A stretch of DNA of 64,000 nucleotides from Clostridia bacterium (GCA_045537695.1 JAZSQB010000046.1:40268-104267); one strand, 5' to 3'; shown: positions 18,965-30,488, numbered from the stretch's first letter. Notes: generated by a model not told the origin, from the letters alone. Program-made: numbers and translations.

Positions 18965-19507
18965 ATGTTTGGACATTATTTAAAACTTTCCGGTAAGGTA
19001 ATTTGGTGGCATTTTGTTGGTCAGGCTATCTGTATGGCAGTGGGATTTATCTCGTTTGGTCTGTTGATGCTCAACTTTCGTATTGCGGAAATTTTTGCAT
19101 CCGTACTGATGACGGGTGGCTATGCTATATTTATGTATTCGAAATTATATAAGGTTGGCGAGCGAGATACAAAAAGCTATTCCGAAGCAAAGCCATATCC
19201 GTGTAAAGGTATTGTGCTTTACATTGGTGTTTTGCTTGTCGGCGTGCTGCTTGCGCTGCTTTATGATGCATCATTTACAGCGCCGACATTCGCTACAAAA
19301 ATCCTTTTGTTTTGCCCGTTCCGTGTTTGGGGGTATAGTTACATTGCATTTTTGAAAGCGGCGGATTTGTCCATATCCGTTTGGTTCTGGATTTTGTATT
19401 TCGCTGTGCCACTCTGTAGCTGTGCAATTGGTTACTATGGTGGTATGCGCCGTTGGGACCTCGGTTATGTATTTTTCAAGAATATGGTTTTTAGAAAGAA
19501 GCAATAG
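18965..19507 (+). CDS. Hypothetical polytopic membrane protein
   Basis: About 180 aa with 4-5 hydrophobic segments. RBS is GAGGTG. I recognise no family. Confidence 0.5.
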   Translation: MFGHYLKLSGKVIWWHFVGQAICMAVGFISFGLLMLNFRIAEIFASVLMTGGYAIFMYSKLYKVGERDTKSYSEAKPYPCKGIVLYIGVLLVGVLLALLYDASFTAPTFATKILLFCPFRVWGYSYIAFLKAADLSISVWFWILYFAVPLCSCAIGYYGGMRRWDLGYVFFKNMVFRKKQ

Positions 19508-19513
19508 TAATTT

Positions 19514-21590
<2,077 letters not shown>

Positions 21591-21650
21591 AGTTGAGCGA
21601 AAAATCTGTTATAATGTTTATTTAGTTTAGGATGGCAGGAGGTCAGGATA

Positions 21651-21938
21651 TTGAAAATTACAAAAGAAGAAGTAAAGTACGTTGCAGATTTGGCACGTTT
21701 AAACTTAAGCGATGAAGAAGCAAACCGCTTGCAGACAGAAATGGCAGATATCATTGCCTTTGCGGATACAATTTCTGCACTGGATACAGCGGATATTGAG
21801 CCGACCAACCACGCAATCCGCGTAGAAAATGTTCTGCGTGAAGATGAAATGCGCGATTCGTACGACAGAGATGCGCTGCTGGGTTGCGCACCGGAAAAAC
21901 AGGCGGGCTGCTATAGCGTCCCGAAGGTTGTAGAGTAA
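21651..21938 (+). CDS. gatC: Asp/Glu-tRNA amidotransferase subunit C
   Basis: 95 aa with VADLARLNLSDEE...TNH, in gatCAB order. The TTG start sits behind AGGAGG. Confidence 0.9.
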   Translation: MKITKEEVKYVADLARLNLSDEEANRLQTEMADIIAFADTISALDTADIEPTNHAIRVENVLREDEMRDSYDRDALLGCAPEKQAGCYSVPKVVE

Positions 21939-21951
21939 GGAGGCGGCGAGA

Positions 21952-23409
21952 ATGGAACTTTATAAATTAACGGCCCATGCGGCTATGGATATGCTAAACA
22001 AAAAAGAAGTGTCTTCCGTGGAGCTTACGAAGGCAGTGATTTCCAGAATTGAAGCGGTCGACAGTAAGGTCGAAGCCTACCTTGCTAATACGTTTGATTC
22101 AGCATTGGAAACTGCGAAAGCAGTGGATGCCAAAATTGCAGCAGGCGAAGCGCTTCAGCCGCTCGAAGGCGTGCCGATGGCGATTAAAGATAATATTTGC
22201 ACAAAGGATATCCGCACAACGTGCGCATCCAGAATGCTTGAAAACTTTGTGCCGCCGTATGATGCATTTGTTGCAGGCAAGGTGAAAAATATCGGTGCTC
22301 CGATGCTCGGCAAATTGAATATGGACGAATTTGCGATGGGTTCTTCTACAGAAAATTCGTATTTTAAAAAGACGAAAAATCCGCAGAATCTCGATTTTGT
22401 CCCTGGCGGCAGCTCCGGCGGTAGTGCAGCTGCAGTGGGTGCGAATATGGCAATGTATACCCTCGGTTCCGATACCGGCGGTTCCATTCGTCAGCCGGCA
22501 TCTTTTTGTGGTGTTGTCGGCTTAAAACCGACCTACGGCAGAGTATCCCGTTTTGGTTTGGTTGCGTTTGCTTCCTCTTTGGATCAAATTGGTCCGCTTA
22601 CAAAGGATGTAGAAGATGCTGCTTTGGTTATGAATCTGATTTCCGGACACGACGAAATGGATTCTACAAGCGTGAATTTACCGGTGGAAGACTTTACAAA
22701 GACGCTCTCTACAGACGTAAAGGGTATGAAAATCGGTATCCCGAATGAATATATGGGTGACGGTATTTCTGCAGAGGTCAAAGAAGCAGTTGTAAATGCA
22801 GCAAAGCTGTATGAAAGCATGGGCGCAAGCGTGGAATACTTTGATATGCCGTCCTTGTCAACGGCGCTGCCGGCGTATTACATCATTTCGTCTGCGGAGG
22901 CAAGCTCGAACCTCGCGCGTTATGACGGTGTGCGATATGGCTATAGAACCGAGAACTATACGGATATGCTCGAAATGTATAAAAACACGCGTTCGGAAGG
23001 CTTTGGTAACGAAGTAAAGCGCAGAATTATGCTTGGCACATATGCACTCAGCTCCGGCTACTATGATGCGTACTATAAAAAGGCGCAGCAGGTGCGTACA
23101 ATTGTGCGTAGCTGTTTTGAAGATGCGTTTAAGAAGTATGATTTCATTTTATCGCCGACTGCGCCGGTAACGGCATTTAAGCTCGGTGAAAAAACGGCAG
23201 ACCCGATGGAAATGTATCTGGCAGACATCTGCACGGTATCTATCAACATCGCCGGTCTTCCGGCGATTTCGCTGCCGTGCGGCGTTGGCAAGAACAATTT
23301 ACCGATTGGTATGCAGCTGATTGGTAATTCCTTTGATGAAAAAACAATACTGCATGCAGCATATGCATATGAAAAGAATGCCGGTATTGTATTAAAGCCG
23401 CAGATATAA
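21952..23409 (+). CDS. gatA: Asp/Glu-tRNA amidotransferase subunit A
   Basis: Amidase signature GGSSGGSAAAV and GSDTGGSIRQPA. Confidence 0.95.
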   Translation: MELYKLTAHAAMDMLNKKEVSSVELTKAVISRIEAVDSKVEAYLANTFDSALETAKAVDAKIAAGEALQPLEGVPMAIKDNICTKDIRTTCASRMLENFVPPYDAFVAGKVKNIGAPMLGKLNMDEFAMGSSTENSYFKKTKNPQNLDFVPGGSSGGSAAAVGANMAMYTLGSDTGGSIRQPASFCGVVGLKPTYGRVSRFGLVAFASSLDQIGPLTKDVEDAALVMNLISGHDEMDSTSVNLPVEDFTKTLSTDVKGMKIGIPNEYMGDGISAEVKEAVVNAAKLYESMGASVEYFDMPSLSTALPAYYIISSAEASSNLARYDGVRYGYRTENYTDMLEMYKNTRSEGFGNEVKRRIMLGTYALSSGYYDAYYKKAQQVRTIVRSCFEDAFKKYDFILSPTAPVTAFKLGEKTADPMEMYLADICTVSINIAGLPAISLPCGVGKNNLPIGMQLIGNSFDEKTILHAAYAYEKNAGIVLKPQI

Positions 23410-23423
23410 AGGAGGGCAGAAAA

Positions 23424-24866
23424 ATGCATTTTGAAGATTATGAAGTGATTATCGGACTTGAAGTGCACGCAGAGCTTGCGACAAAGACAAAAGCATTCTG
23501 CAGCTGCTCTACGGAATTCGGTAAGGATGTAAATACACAGTGCTGTCCGGTTTGTACAGCAATGCCGGGCAGTTTACCGGTGCTCAATAAAAAGGTTGTA
23601 GAATATGCGATTAAAACCGGTCTTGCCACCGGTTGTGAAATTACACGCTATGGCAAGCAAGATAGAAAGAATTACTTTTATCCGGACCTACCGAAGGCAT
23701 ACCAGATTTCGCAGTATGATATGCCGCTTTGTGTAGGCGGGTTTGTGGATATCACAAAAGAAGATGGTAAAAAGAGAATCGGTATTACCCGCATTCATAT
23801 TGAAGAAGATGCCGGCAAGCTTTTACACGATGTTATTCCGGGCAAATCCTTGGTGGATTTAAACCGCTGTGGTGTACCGCTGATTGAAATTGTCTCTGAG
23901 CCGGATTTGCGCAGCTCTGAAGAAGCAAAGCTTTATTTGGAAGAGCTTAAATCTATTTTGGAATGTCTGGAAGTTTCTGACTGTAAGATGCAGGAAGGCT
24001 CTTTGCGTTGTGACGTAAACGTATCCGTGCGCCCGAAGGGACAGGAAACGTTTAACACACGTACAGAGATGAAAAACTTAAGCTCTTTCTCGGCGGCAGT
24101 GCGTGCAATTGATTTTGAGGCAAAACGCCAGATTGAAGCAACCGAAGCAGGCGAGAAAATCGTGCAGGAAACGCGCCGTTGGGACGATGCCAAGGGCGAA
24201 AACTATCCGATGCGTTCTAAAGAAGAAGCGAAGGATTACAGATATTTCCCGGATCCGGACCTTGTCCCGATTGTCGTAAGTGATACGCAGATTGAAGAAA
24301 TTCGTGCAACGATTCCGGAATTGCCGAGTGCAAAACGTGAACGTTTTGTTGCGACTTACGGTATTACGGATTATGAAGCAGGCCTGATTTCGCAGAGTAA
24401 GCCGATGGCGTCTTATTTTGAGAAGTGTGTATCTTTAAAAGCAACACCGAAGACGGTTGCAAACTGGCTTTTAGGTGATATTTCTAAGATCCTGAACGAA
24501 AAGAACCTTGCGCCATCGGAGATCAGCATTGTGCCGGAAGAACTTTGTGCTCTGATTGCTTTGATTGAAAAGGGTACTATCAGCAATACTGCCGGCAAAA
24601 AGGTGCTTTCTATTATGTTTGAAACCGGTAAAACGGCAGAAGTGATTGTGAAAGAAGAAGGGCTCGAGCAGGTAAATGACGGCGACGCCCTGAAGGCAAT
24701 TGTTGAAGAAATTATTCAAAACAATCCTAAGTCCGTTGAAGACTATAAAGCCGGCAAAACGAATGTTATCGGCTTCTTGGTTGGTCAGACGATGCGCGCA
24801 TCCAAGGGTAAAGCTAATCCGCAGATGTTAAATCCGATGATTAAAGAAATACTGGACAATATGTAA
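23424..24866 (+). CDS. gatB: Asp/Glu-tRNA amidotransferase subunit B
   Basis: GLEVHAEL...K.FC.C, RIHIEEDAGK and a C-terminal YqeY-like domain. Confidence 0.95.
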   Translation: MHFEDYEVIIGLEVHAELATKTKAFCSCSTEFGKDVNTQCCPVCTAMPGSLPVLNKKVVEYAIKTGLATGCEITRYGKQDRKNYFYPDLPKAYQISQYDMPLCVGGFVDITKEDGKKRIGITRIHIEEDAGKLLHDVIPGKSLVDLNRCGVPLIEIVSEPDLRSSEEAKLYLEELKSILECLEVSDCKMQEGSLRCDVNVSVRPKGQETFNTRTEMKNLSSFSAAVRAIDFEAKRQIEATEAGEKIVQETRRWDDAKGENYPMRSKEEAKDYRYFPDPDLVPIVVSDTQIEEIRATIPELPSAKRERFVATYGITDYEAGLISQSKPMASYFEKCVSLKATPKTVANWLLGDISKILNEKNLAPSEISIVPEELCALIALIEKGTISNTAGKKVLSIMFETGKTAEVIVKEEGLEQVNDGDALKAIVEEIIQNNPKSVEDYKAGKTNVIGFLVGQTMRASKGKANPQMLNPMIKEILDNM

Positions 24867-24870
24867 TTTA

Positions 24871-24898
24871 AAAAGGCAAGGCGCTGCCTTGCTTTTTT
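24871..24898 (+). terminator. Rho-independent terminator after gatB
   Basis: GCAAGGC pairs with GCCTTGC and is followed by T6. Confidence 0.75.
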
Positions 24899-24917
24899 GC
24901 TTAAAGGCGGTGAATGT

Positions 24918-26642
24918 ATGCTGAAAATTGAAAATAGTGCAAAAGCGTGTCTTTGTGCAGTAAATGCAAGCTTTACGCATACATCGCTTGCGCAATTGCG
25001 CCTGCTGAGCGTGTGCAGAGATTTGTCTTTGTGCGCAAAAACGTATTCCATCAATGATGCGGTTTCTCGTGTGTGCGGTGAGTTATATGCATTAGATTGT
25101 CAAATGTATCTGTTTGGCGTGTACATTTGGAATTTGCCGTTTATAGAGCAGCTTGCGCGCAGACTTAAGTCCCTGCGACCGGATTGCGTTATTGTGTGTG
25201 GCGGTCCGGAGGTCAGCTACGACACACAACGCTTTATGCAGGAGCACCCCTTCGTGGATATTGTTTTACGCGGTGAAGGGGAAGAGAGTGTCCCTATGTT
25301 ACTGCAAGGTGTTTTGCCTGATAAGATACCCGGTGCGTGTTATCGTGCGGAGGAAATTGTAATTCAGCCGCTGGCAATCGTGCCGGATTTAGATGCTTTG
25401 CCGCCGGTTTATGATAAAGAGATTCTTTCGAAACTGCAACATAAGATGCTCTATTATGAAACGAGCCGTGGCTGCCCGTTTCGGTGTTCGTATTGCCTTT
25501 CATCCACGGCACATGGCGTTCGTTATTTTTCATTAGAGCGTGTAAAGAATGATTTTAAGTTGTTTATGGATGCGAAAGTGCCATTGGTGAAATTAACGGA
25601 CAGAACGTTTAATATGCAGCCAAAAAGAACTGCGGAGCTTTTGCGTTTTATCTTAGAACATAATCAGTGTACGTGCTTCCATTTTGAGATTTCCGCAGAT
25701 ATATTGGATGAAGAAGTGCTTTCAATTTTAGAAACTGCACCTAAGGATACATTTCAATTGGAAATCGGCGTGCAAACAACGAATGAAAAAGCAAGTGATG
25801 CAATTGACCGTAGTGCAGATTTTGCAAAAATCAGCGCAAATGTAGCTCGTTTGAAAAAAGCGGGCAATATGCATCTGCATCTGGATTTGATTGCAGGTCT
25901 GCCGTATGAGGATTACAATAGCTTTGGAAAATCATTTAATGACGTTTTCGCGCTCAGACCGGATATGCTGCAGCTTGGGTTTTTAAAGCTCCTGAAAGGC
26001 ACCAAAATACGTGGACAAGCTGCGCAGTTTAATTATATATCCACAGAGGAACCGCCGTATGAGGTGCTTTCTACTGCGTGGCTGGATTATACAGAGATGC
26101 TTCGCTTGAAAGATATTGAACCTGTGCTTGAAATTTACTATAACAGCGGCGCATTTTCAAAGGCACTCGAATGTTCACTTGCAAAGAGTGGACTTTCGCC
26201 GTTTGCATATTTTGAAAAGCTTGCGCAGTACAGAAAAAATAACACAATCCCCGGAGCGATGGTGAGCCAAAGCAAAAATTATGATTTGTTTTATAGTTTC
26301 CATACGCAATGTATAGCGCCGGACGATGGTGCGTTTAACGCATATTTGTGTTATGAACAGCTAAAGCATAACAAAACGGCACAAGCCGGTGCGTGGGCGC
26401 GGTTGCCTACGGCAACGAAAGCGTTTTATGATGCAGCGTGGCAAACGGTGCGTGACAGCGGCATACTTAGTGATGTGCAACTTGGTTTGAAGCAAAAGGA
26501 ACTGCTGCAGCATGTGCGTATCGTACGCTTTTCATATGATGTGCTTGCACAAAGACAGCAGGATTCAATTCTTGTTTTTGATTATAAAAATAAAAATACA
26601 TACAGTCTGGCGGTAGAGAACGATGAAGAAAACAACGTGTGA
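24918..26642 (+). CDS. B12-binding-domain radical SAM protein (DUF4080-type C-terminus), function unknown
   Basis: The CX3CX2C cluster motif is in YETSRGCPFRCSYC. The N-terminus has a B12-binding-like Rossmann region and there is a long C-terminal extension. Confidence 0.8.
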   Translation: MLKIENSAKACLCAVNASFTHTSLAQLRLLSVCRDLSLCAKTYSINDAVSRVCGELYALDCQMYLFGVYIWNLPFIEQLARRLKSLRPDCVIVCGGPEVSYDTQRFMQEHPFVDIVLRGEGEESVPMLLQGVLPDKIPGACYRAEEIVIQPLAIVPDLDALPPVYDKEILSKLQHKMLYYETSRGCPFRCSYCLSSTAHGVRYFSLERVKNDFKLFMDAKVPLVKLTDRTFNMQPKRTAELLRFILEHNQCTCFHFEISADILDEEVLSILETAPKDTFQLEIGVQTTNEKASDAIDRSADFAKISANVARLKKAGNMHLHLDLIAGLPYEDYNSFGKSFNDVFALRPDMLQLGFLKLLKGTKIRGQAAQFNYISTEEPPYEVLSTAWLDYTEMLRLKDIEPVLEIYYNSGAFSKALECSLAKSGLSPFAYFEKLAQYRKNNTIPGAMVSQSKNYDLFYSFHTQCIAPDDGAFNAYLCYEQLKHNKTAQAGAWARLPTATKAFYDAAWQTVRDSGILSDVQLGLKQKELLQHVRIVRFSYDVLAQRQQDSILVFDYKNKNTYSLAVENDEENNV

Positions 26643-27786
26643 TAAAATTAAATTTATGCTTACGGGCATTCTGGGCAGATATGAAGAGAAGAAGGACTAT
26701 TTTGTGAAAATGTCTATTGAATTTAAATCCGGCACAAAAACCTTTAAAGGCGAAGTGCTGCCTTCTGAAGATGCTTTTGCTGTGTCTATCAACGGTGTAA
26801 AAAAGAACACGAACCTTGCTGGTGTGATAGAGTTGATTGCACAAGAGAGTACAAAATACGAAAAACTGCTGTTTGTCTATGTGGAACGTGGCACGGATTT
26901 GATTTTGGAAGCCGATGATCGCGTTGTGCGCACGAAGCAGTCAGACAACGCCGTAACCGAAGGAAAAACGCCCAACCTTTCCAGTGGTAGGGAATATCTG
27001 ATTCGACCTGGCAAGGCAGATGCGCTCTTAAAAGAAATCGGCATTATGACACAGGACGGCAAGGTCAAAAACGATAAAATTCGCAAATATAACCAAATTG
27101 ACCATTATGTAGAGATTTTAAAGCCGGTGCTTGAAACACTGCCGAAGAACAGACGCGTCCGTGTTTTGGACTGCGCTTGCGGTAAATCCTACCTTTCTTT
27201 TGTGCTGAATTATTATATGCGCGATGTACTGAAAATGGATTGTCATTTCATTGGTGTAGACTATTCAAAAACCGTTATTGATGCATCGGTGAAGATGGCT
27301 AAAAATTTAGGCTATCATAATATGGAGTTTGTTTGTGCGGATGTGCGTCATTATGCACCGGAAGAACAGATTGATTTGCTGATTTCTCTCCACGCTTGCG
27401 ATACCGCAACGGATATGGCAATCGGTCTCGGTATTCGCGCCGGCGTGCAGGCAATGGTGGTTGTGCCGTGCTGCCATAAAGAAATGCTTTCGCAGTACAG
27501 CTGTGATATGTTTGCACCGCTGACCAAATATCCGATTTTCAAAGCGCGCCTTGCCGATGTGCTGACAGATGCAATGCGCTGTCTGTTTATGGAAGCACAC
27601 GGGTATGAGATTACAGCGATGGAATATATCTCGCCGTTGGAAACACCGAAAAATTTGATGATTAAGGCGATTAAAATCAGGGAAGAGGATTATGATGCGA
27701 TGCGCCGGTATGAGAATCTCAAGCGCGATTTGCACGTGCGTTTATCTATGGAAGATTACTCGATTCGGGTTGACGAAGATTTTTAA
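26623..27786 (+). CDS. Class I SAM-dependent methyltransferase (Methyltransf_32-like) with an uncharacterised N-terminal domain
   Basis: SAM motif I-like VLDCACGKSYLS. The gene overlaps the upstream radical SAM gene by 20 nt. Confidence 0.7.
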   Translation: MKKTTCDKIKFMLTGILGRYEEKKDYFVKMSIEFKSGTKTFKGEVLPSEDAFAVSINGVKKNTNLAGVIELIAQESTKYEKLLFVYVERGTDLILEADDRVVRTKQSDNAVTEGKTPNLSSGREYLIRPGKADALLKEIGIMTQDGKVKNDKIRKYNQIDHYVEILKPVLETLPKNRRVRVLDCACGKSYLSFVLNYYMRDVLKMDCHFIGVDYSKTVIDASVKMAKNLGYHNMEFVCADVRHYAPEEQIDLLISLHACDTATDMAIGLGIRAGVQAMVVVPCCHKEMLSQYSCDMFAPLTKYPIFKARLADVLTDAMRCLFMEAHGYEITAMEYISPLETPKNLMIKAIKIREEDYDAMRRYENLKRDLHVRLSMEDYSIRVDEDF

Positions 27787-27814
27787 AAATTTTTAGAAAA
27801 TTTTAAAAAAACCG

Positions 27815-27843
27815 TTGACAAAGCGACGATTATGTATTATAAT
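27815..27843 (+). promoter_or_regulatory. Consensus sigma-A promoter for the tRNA cluster
   Basis: TTGACA, a 17 nt spacer, then TATAAT, both hexamers perfect. Confidence 0.8.
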
Positions 27844-27879
27844 AGCATAGTCTCATAAAGGTGACGCAAATAGAAATGT

Positions 27880-27956
27880 GGCGGTGTAGCTCAGTTGGCT
27901 AGAGCAAACGGTTCATACCCGTTAGGTCGGTGGTTCAAGTCCACTCGCCGCTACCA
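27880..27956 (+). tRNA. tRNA-Met (CAT), elongator type
   Basis: GGCGGTGTAGCTCAGTTGG...CGGTTCATACCCG...GGTTCAAGTCC...CGCCGCTACCA. The anticodon loop TTCATAC and arm resemble Firmicute elongator Met rather than the initiator or Ile2. Confidence 0.85.
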
Positions 27957-27964
27957 TTTTTTTT

Positions 27965-28039
27965 GGCCCATTGGTCAAGCGGTTAAGACGTCGGCCTCTC
28001 ACGCCGGAATCAAGGGTTCGATTCCCTTATGGGTCACCA
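27965..28039 (+). tRNA. tRNA-Glu (CTC)
   Basis: GGCCCATTGGTCAAGCGGTTAAGAC... with anticodon loop CTCTCAC, T arm AAGGG-TTCGATT-CCCTT and a CCA end. Confidence 0.9.
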
Positions 28040-28044
28040 TATAG

Positions 28045-28120
28045 GGGAGTTTAGCTCAGCTGGGAGAGCATCTGCCTTACAAGCAGAGGGTCACAGGTTC
28101 GAGCCCTGTAACTCCCACCA
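28045..28120 (+). tRNA. tRNA-Val (TAC)
   Basis: Acceptor GGGAGTT/AACTCCC, anticodon stem TCTGC/GCAGA with loop CTTACAA, GGTTCGAGCCC T arm and a CCA end. Confidence 0.9.
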
Positions 28121-28166
28121 GAAAGAAACGACAATTTTCTAATTAGAAAGTTGTCGTTTCTTTTTG
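28121..28166 (+). terminator. Rho-independent terminator of the tRNA cluster
   Basis: A 17 bp stem, AGAAACGACAATTTTCT with AGAAAGTTGTCGTTTCT (one G-U pair), has loop AATT and is followed by TTTTT. Confidence 0.9.
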
Positions 28167-28278
28167 TACTATTATCTTTTCACTTTTCTCTCTTCACTAT
28201 TCTCTAAAAATTGTCGTTTCCAGATAAAAGATAAGAGAGAATAGAGAATAGAAAAGGTAGTTTTGCTTACGCAAAACG

Positions 28279-28307
28279 TTGAATTATATGTGGATTTATG
28301 ATATACT
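28279..28307 (+). promoter_or_regulatory. Sigma-A-type promoter for the four-helix-bundle gene
   Basis: TTGAAT, a 17 nt spacer, then TATACT. Confidence 0.5.
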
Positions 28308-28326
28308 GAATTTGAGGTGAAAAGAT

Positions 28327-28677
28327 ATGGATAGTCCGCTTTTAAATAAATCATTAGAATTTGCAACACAAATTGTTTTATTTTATGAGGAATATGCAAA
28401 ATCTAAAAGAGATACAACTATTGCCAAACAACTTCTCAGAAGTGCAACAAGTGTTGGTGCAAATATCAATGAAGCGATTTATGGCAATAGTAAGCCTGAC
28501 TTTATTGCAAAATTACATATTTCTCTAAAAGAGGTAAGTGAAAGCATATATTGGCTTACACTTTTAAGAAATACAAAACTATTAGAATATGATTATGATA
28601 ACACAATCGATCTTGCTGAAGAAATAAAACGAATGCTCATTTCATCAATAAATACTGCAAAGAAAAATCAAAATTAA
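28327..28677 (+). CDS. Four-helix-bundle protein (23S rRNA intervening-sequence protein / Avd-like family)
   Basis: 116 aa. SLEFATQIV...AKQLLRSATSVGANINEA...KLHISLKEVSESIYWLTLL is the characteristic pattern of the PF05635/TIGR02436 family. RBS is GAGGTG. Confidence 0.8.
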   Translation: MDSPLLNKSLEFATQIVLFYEEYAKSKRDTTIAKQLLRSATSVGANINEAIYGNSKPDFIAKLHISLKEVSESIYWLTLLRNTKLLEYDYDNTIDLAEEIKRMLISSINTAKKNQN

Positions 28678-28811
28678 AATATTCTTATGGTTCGGCTTTT
28701 CTATGAAATAAATCCTTTTAGGATTTGTAAAATACCGCATTTGGCGATTCCGGCGCAAGTGCTATGCCATGGCTTTTTACCAAAGGCTAATTGCACTTCA
28801 AATTTTAACGC

Positions 28812-28840
28812 TTGACAAATGTGACGCATAGTTGTATAAT
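28812..28840 (+). promoter_or_regulatory. Consensus sigma-A promoter of the trpB leader
   Basis: TTGACA (28812-28817), a 17 nt spacer, then TATAAT (28835-28840). Confidence 0.8.
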
Positions 28841-28847
28841 ATTTACA

Positions 28848-29110
28848 ATTTCATAGGAAACCGTTGAGGCAGAAAAAAGGCGGAATTGGTCTTTCCAAGC
28901 GAGTGGATTATGGTGTGAGTTCCACAAAGACCTGCTGCATAATATGGACTGCTAAGGGTCGTGTTAAATGCATGGACGTTAGGCTTGCGTTAAAAGTCGG
29001 GAGTATGATGGTACTTCGCCAAGCGTGCAGTCAGACTGCGAATCAAGGTGGCACCGCGGATAGGTTTATTCGTCCTTGACAGAAGATAAATTCTGTCAGG
29101 GATTTTTTGT
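28848..29110 (+). promoter_or_regulatory. T-box riboswitch leader, probable Trp (UGG) specifier
   Basis: The T-box sequence is AATCAAGGTGGCACCGCGG (29041-29059) with a UGGC bulge, followed by the canonical CGTCCTT. The terminator CCTTGACAGAA/TTCTGTCAGGG plus T run lies at 29074-29110. Stem I elements TGAGG...AGAAA and TGGTGTGAG are present. The candidate specifier is UGG-A at 28945-28948. Confidence 0.85.
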
Positions 29111-29227
29111 TTTTAGAGGGTGATAATTATGTTTTTATTTGCAAAACGATGGCGACTGAAAAATATATAGACTTTTATAATGAAATGTGTTAAAATATAA
29201 ATATGTTTTGTTAAGGAGAATTTTACT

Positions 29228-30469
29228 ATGAACAAATACAGAGATTTTGAGAATTATTTAAAAGAATATCCGAGTGAAGATGGATATTTTGGTAATTACG
29301 GCGGCTCGTATATGTCGCCGGAGCTAACGGCTGCTTTTAAAGAGGCGGATGACGCTTACGAAGCTATCTGCCATTCTGCGCAGTTTATCAATGAGCTTCG
29401 CAGAATCCGCAAGGAATTTCAGGGCAGACCAACCCCTGTATACCATTGCGAACGCCTTTCTAAGATTTTCGGCAATTGTCAGATTTATTTAAAGCGTGAG
29501 GATTTAAATCATACTGGTGCCCATAAGCTCAATCTCTGCATGGGCGAAGGTCTATTGGCAAAGTATATGGGCAAGAAAAAGCTGATTGCTGAGACCGGTG
29601 CCGGTCAGCACGGTGTTGCCATTGCAACCGCTGCGGCATATTTCGGTATGGAATGTGATGTATATATGGGTGAAGTAGACATTGCAAAGCAGCATCCAAA
29701 CGTAATTCGTATGAAAATGCTTGGCGCAAATGTTGTACCGGTATCGAAAGGGCTTAAGACTTTGAAAGAGGCATGTGATGCAGCATTTGAAGCATATTTA
29801 AATGAGTATAAGGATGCAGTGTATTGCATTGGTTCTGCGCTCGGTCCGCATCCGTTCCCGAAAATGGTCAGAGACTTCCAGTCCGTTATCGGTATTGAGG
29901 CGCGTGAACAGTTTTTGGAAATGACGGGTATTATGCCGGATGCGATTACGGCTTGTGTCGGCGGTGGATCTAACTCTCTCGGGATGTTTACACCGTTTTT
30001 GGCAGATCCGGTTGAAATATACGGTGTAGAGCCGCTTGGACGCGGTGAAAATATCGGTGACCACGCGGCAACTATGCGTTTTGGCACAAAGGGCAGAATT
30101 CATGGATTTGACACCTATGTGCTGCAGGATGAAAATGGTGAACCGTTACCGGTATATTCCATTGCGAGTGGTCTGGATTATCCGGGTGTAGGTCCGGAGC
30201 ACGCGCATCTGCGTGATTTGGGTAGAGTGCATTATGAAACGGTTTCTGATGAAGAGGCGATGGAAGCGTTTTTCCTGCTGTCACGCTACGAAGGTATCAT
30301 TCCTGCGATTGAATCTGCGCACGCGGTTGCCTATGCCATCCGCTATGCGAAGGAGCACAAGTCCGGTTCTATCTTGGCTTGTCTCTCCGGCAGAGGCGAT
30401 AAGGATATTGACTATGTATATGAAAACTACGGTTGTGGCGAAAAGTTTAAATTAGACTACGAAATCTAA
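29228..30469 (+). CDS. trpB: Tryptophan synthase beta chain (stand-alone)
   Basis: 413 aa with YFGNYGG, the [13 protein letters not shown]-lysine motif, [10 protein letters not shown] and GGGSN. RBS is AAGGAG. No other trp genes are in the window. Confidence 0.9.
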   Translation: MNKYRDFENYLKEYPSEDGYFGNYGGSYMSPELTAAFKEADDAYEAICHSAQFINELRRIRKEFQGRPTPVYHCERLSKIFGNCQIYLKREDLNHTGAHKLNLCMGEGLLAKYMGKKKLIAETGAGQHGVAIATAAAYFGMECDVYMGEVDIAKQHPNVIRMKMLGANVVPVSKGLKTLKEACDAAFEAYLNEYKDAVYCIGSALGPHPFPKMVRDFQSVIGIEAREQFLEMTGIMPDAITACVGGGSNSLGMFTPFLADPVEIYGVEPLGRGENIGDHAATMRFGTKGRIHGFDTYVLQDENGEPLPVYSIASGLDYPGVGPEHAHLRDLGRVHYETVSDEEAMEAFFLLSRYEGIIPAIESAHAVAYAIRYAKEHKSGSILACLSGRGDKDIDYVYENYGCGEKFKLDYEI

Positions 30470-30488
30470 ATAAAGACTAAACTGACAT

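Noticed and set aside
27880-27956. The possibility that the CAT-anticodon tRNA is an initiator or a lysidine-modified tRNA-Ile2.
   Set aside because: It lacks the initiator hallmarks: there is no 1-72 mismatch and no GGG/CCC anticodon stem. The anticodon arm CGGTTCATACCCG matches the elongator Met pattern rather than the CTCATAA loop of Ile2.
28172-28399. A 75 aa minus-strand ORF overlapping the four-helix-bundle gene start.
   Set aside because: It has no RBS, is an AT-rich low-complexity translation, and overlaps the promoter and 5' end of a gene with clear family motifs.
28864-29079. A 71 aa + strand ORF upstream of trpB.
   Set aside because: It lies entirely within the T-box leader RNA. 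Its sequence is explained by the riboswitch structure (T-box motif and terminator).
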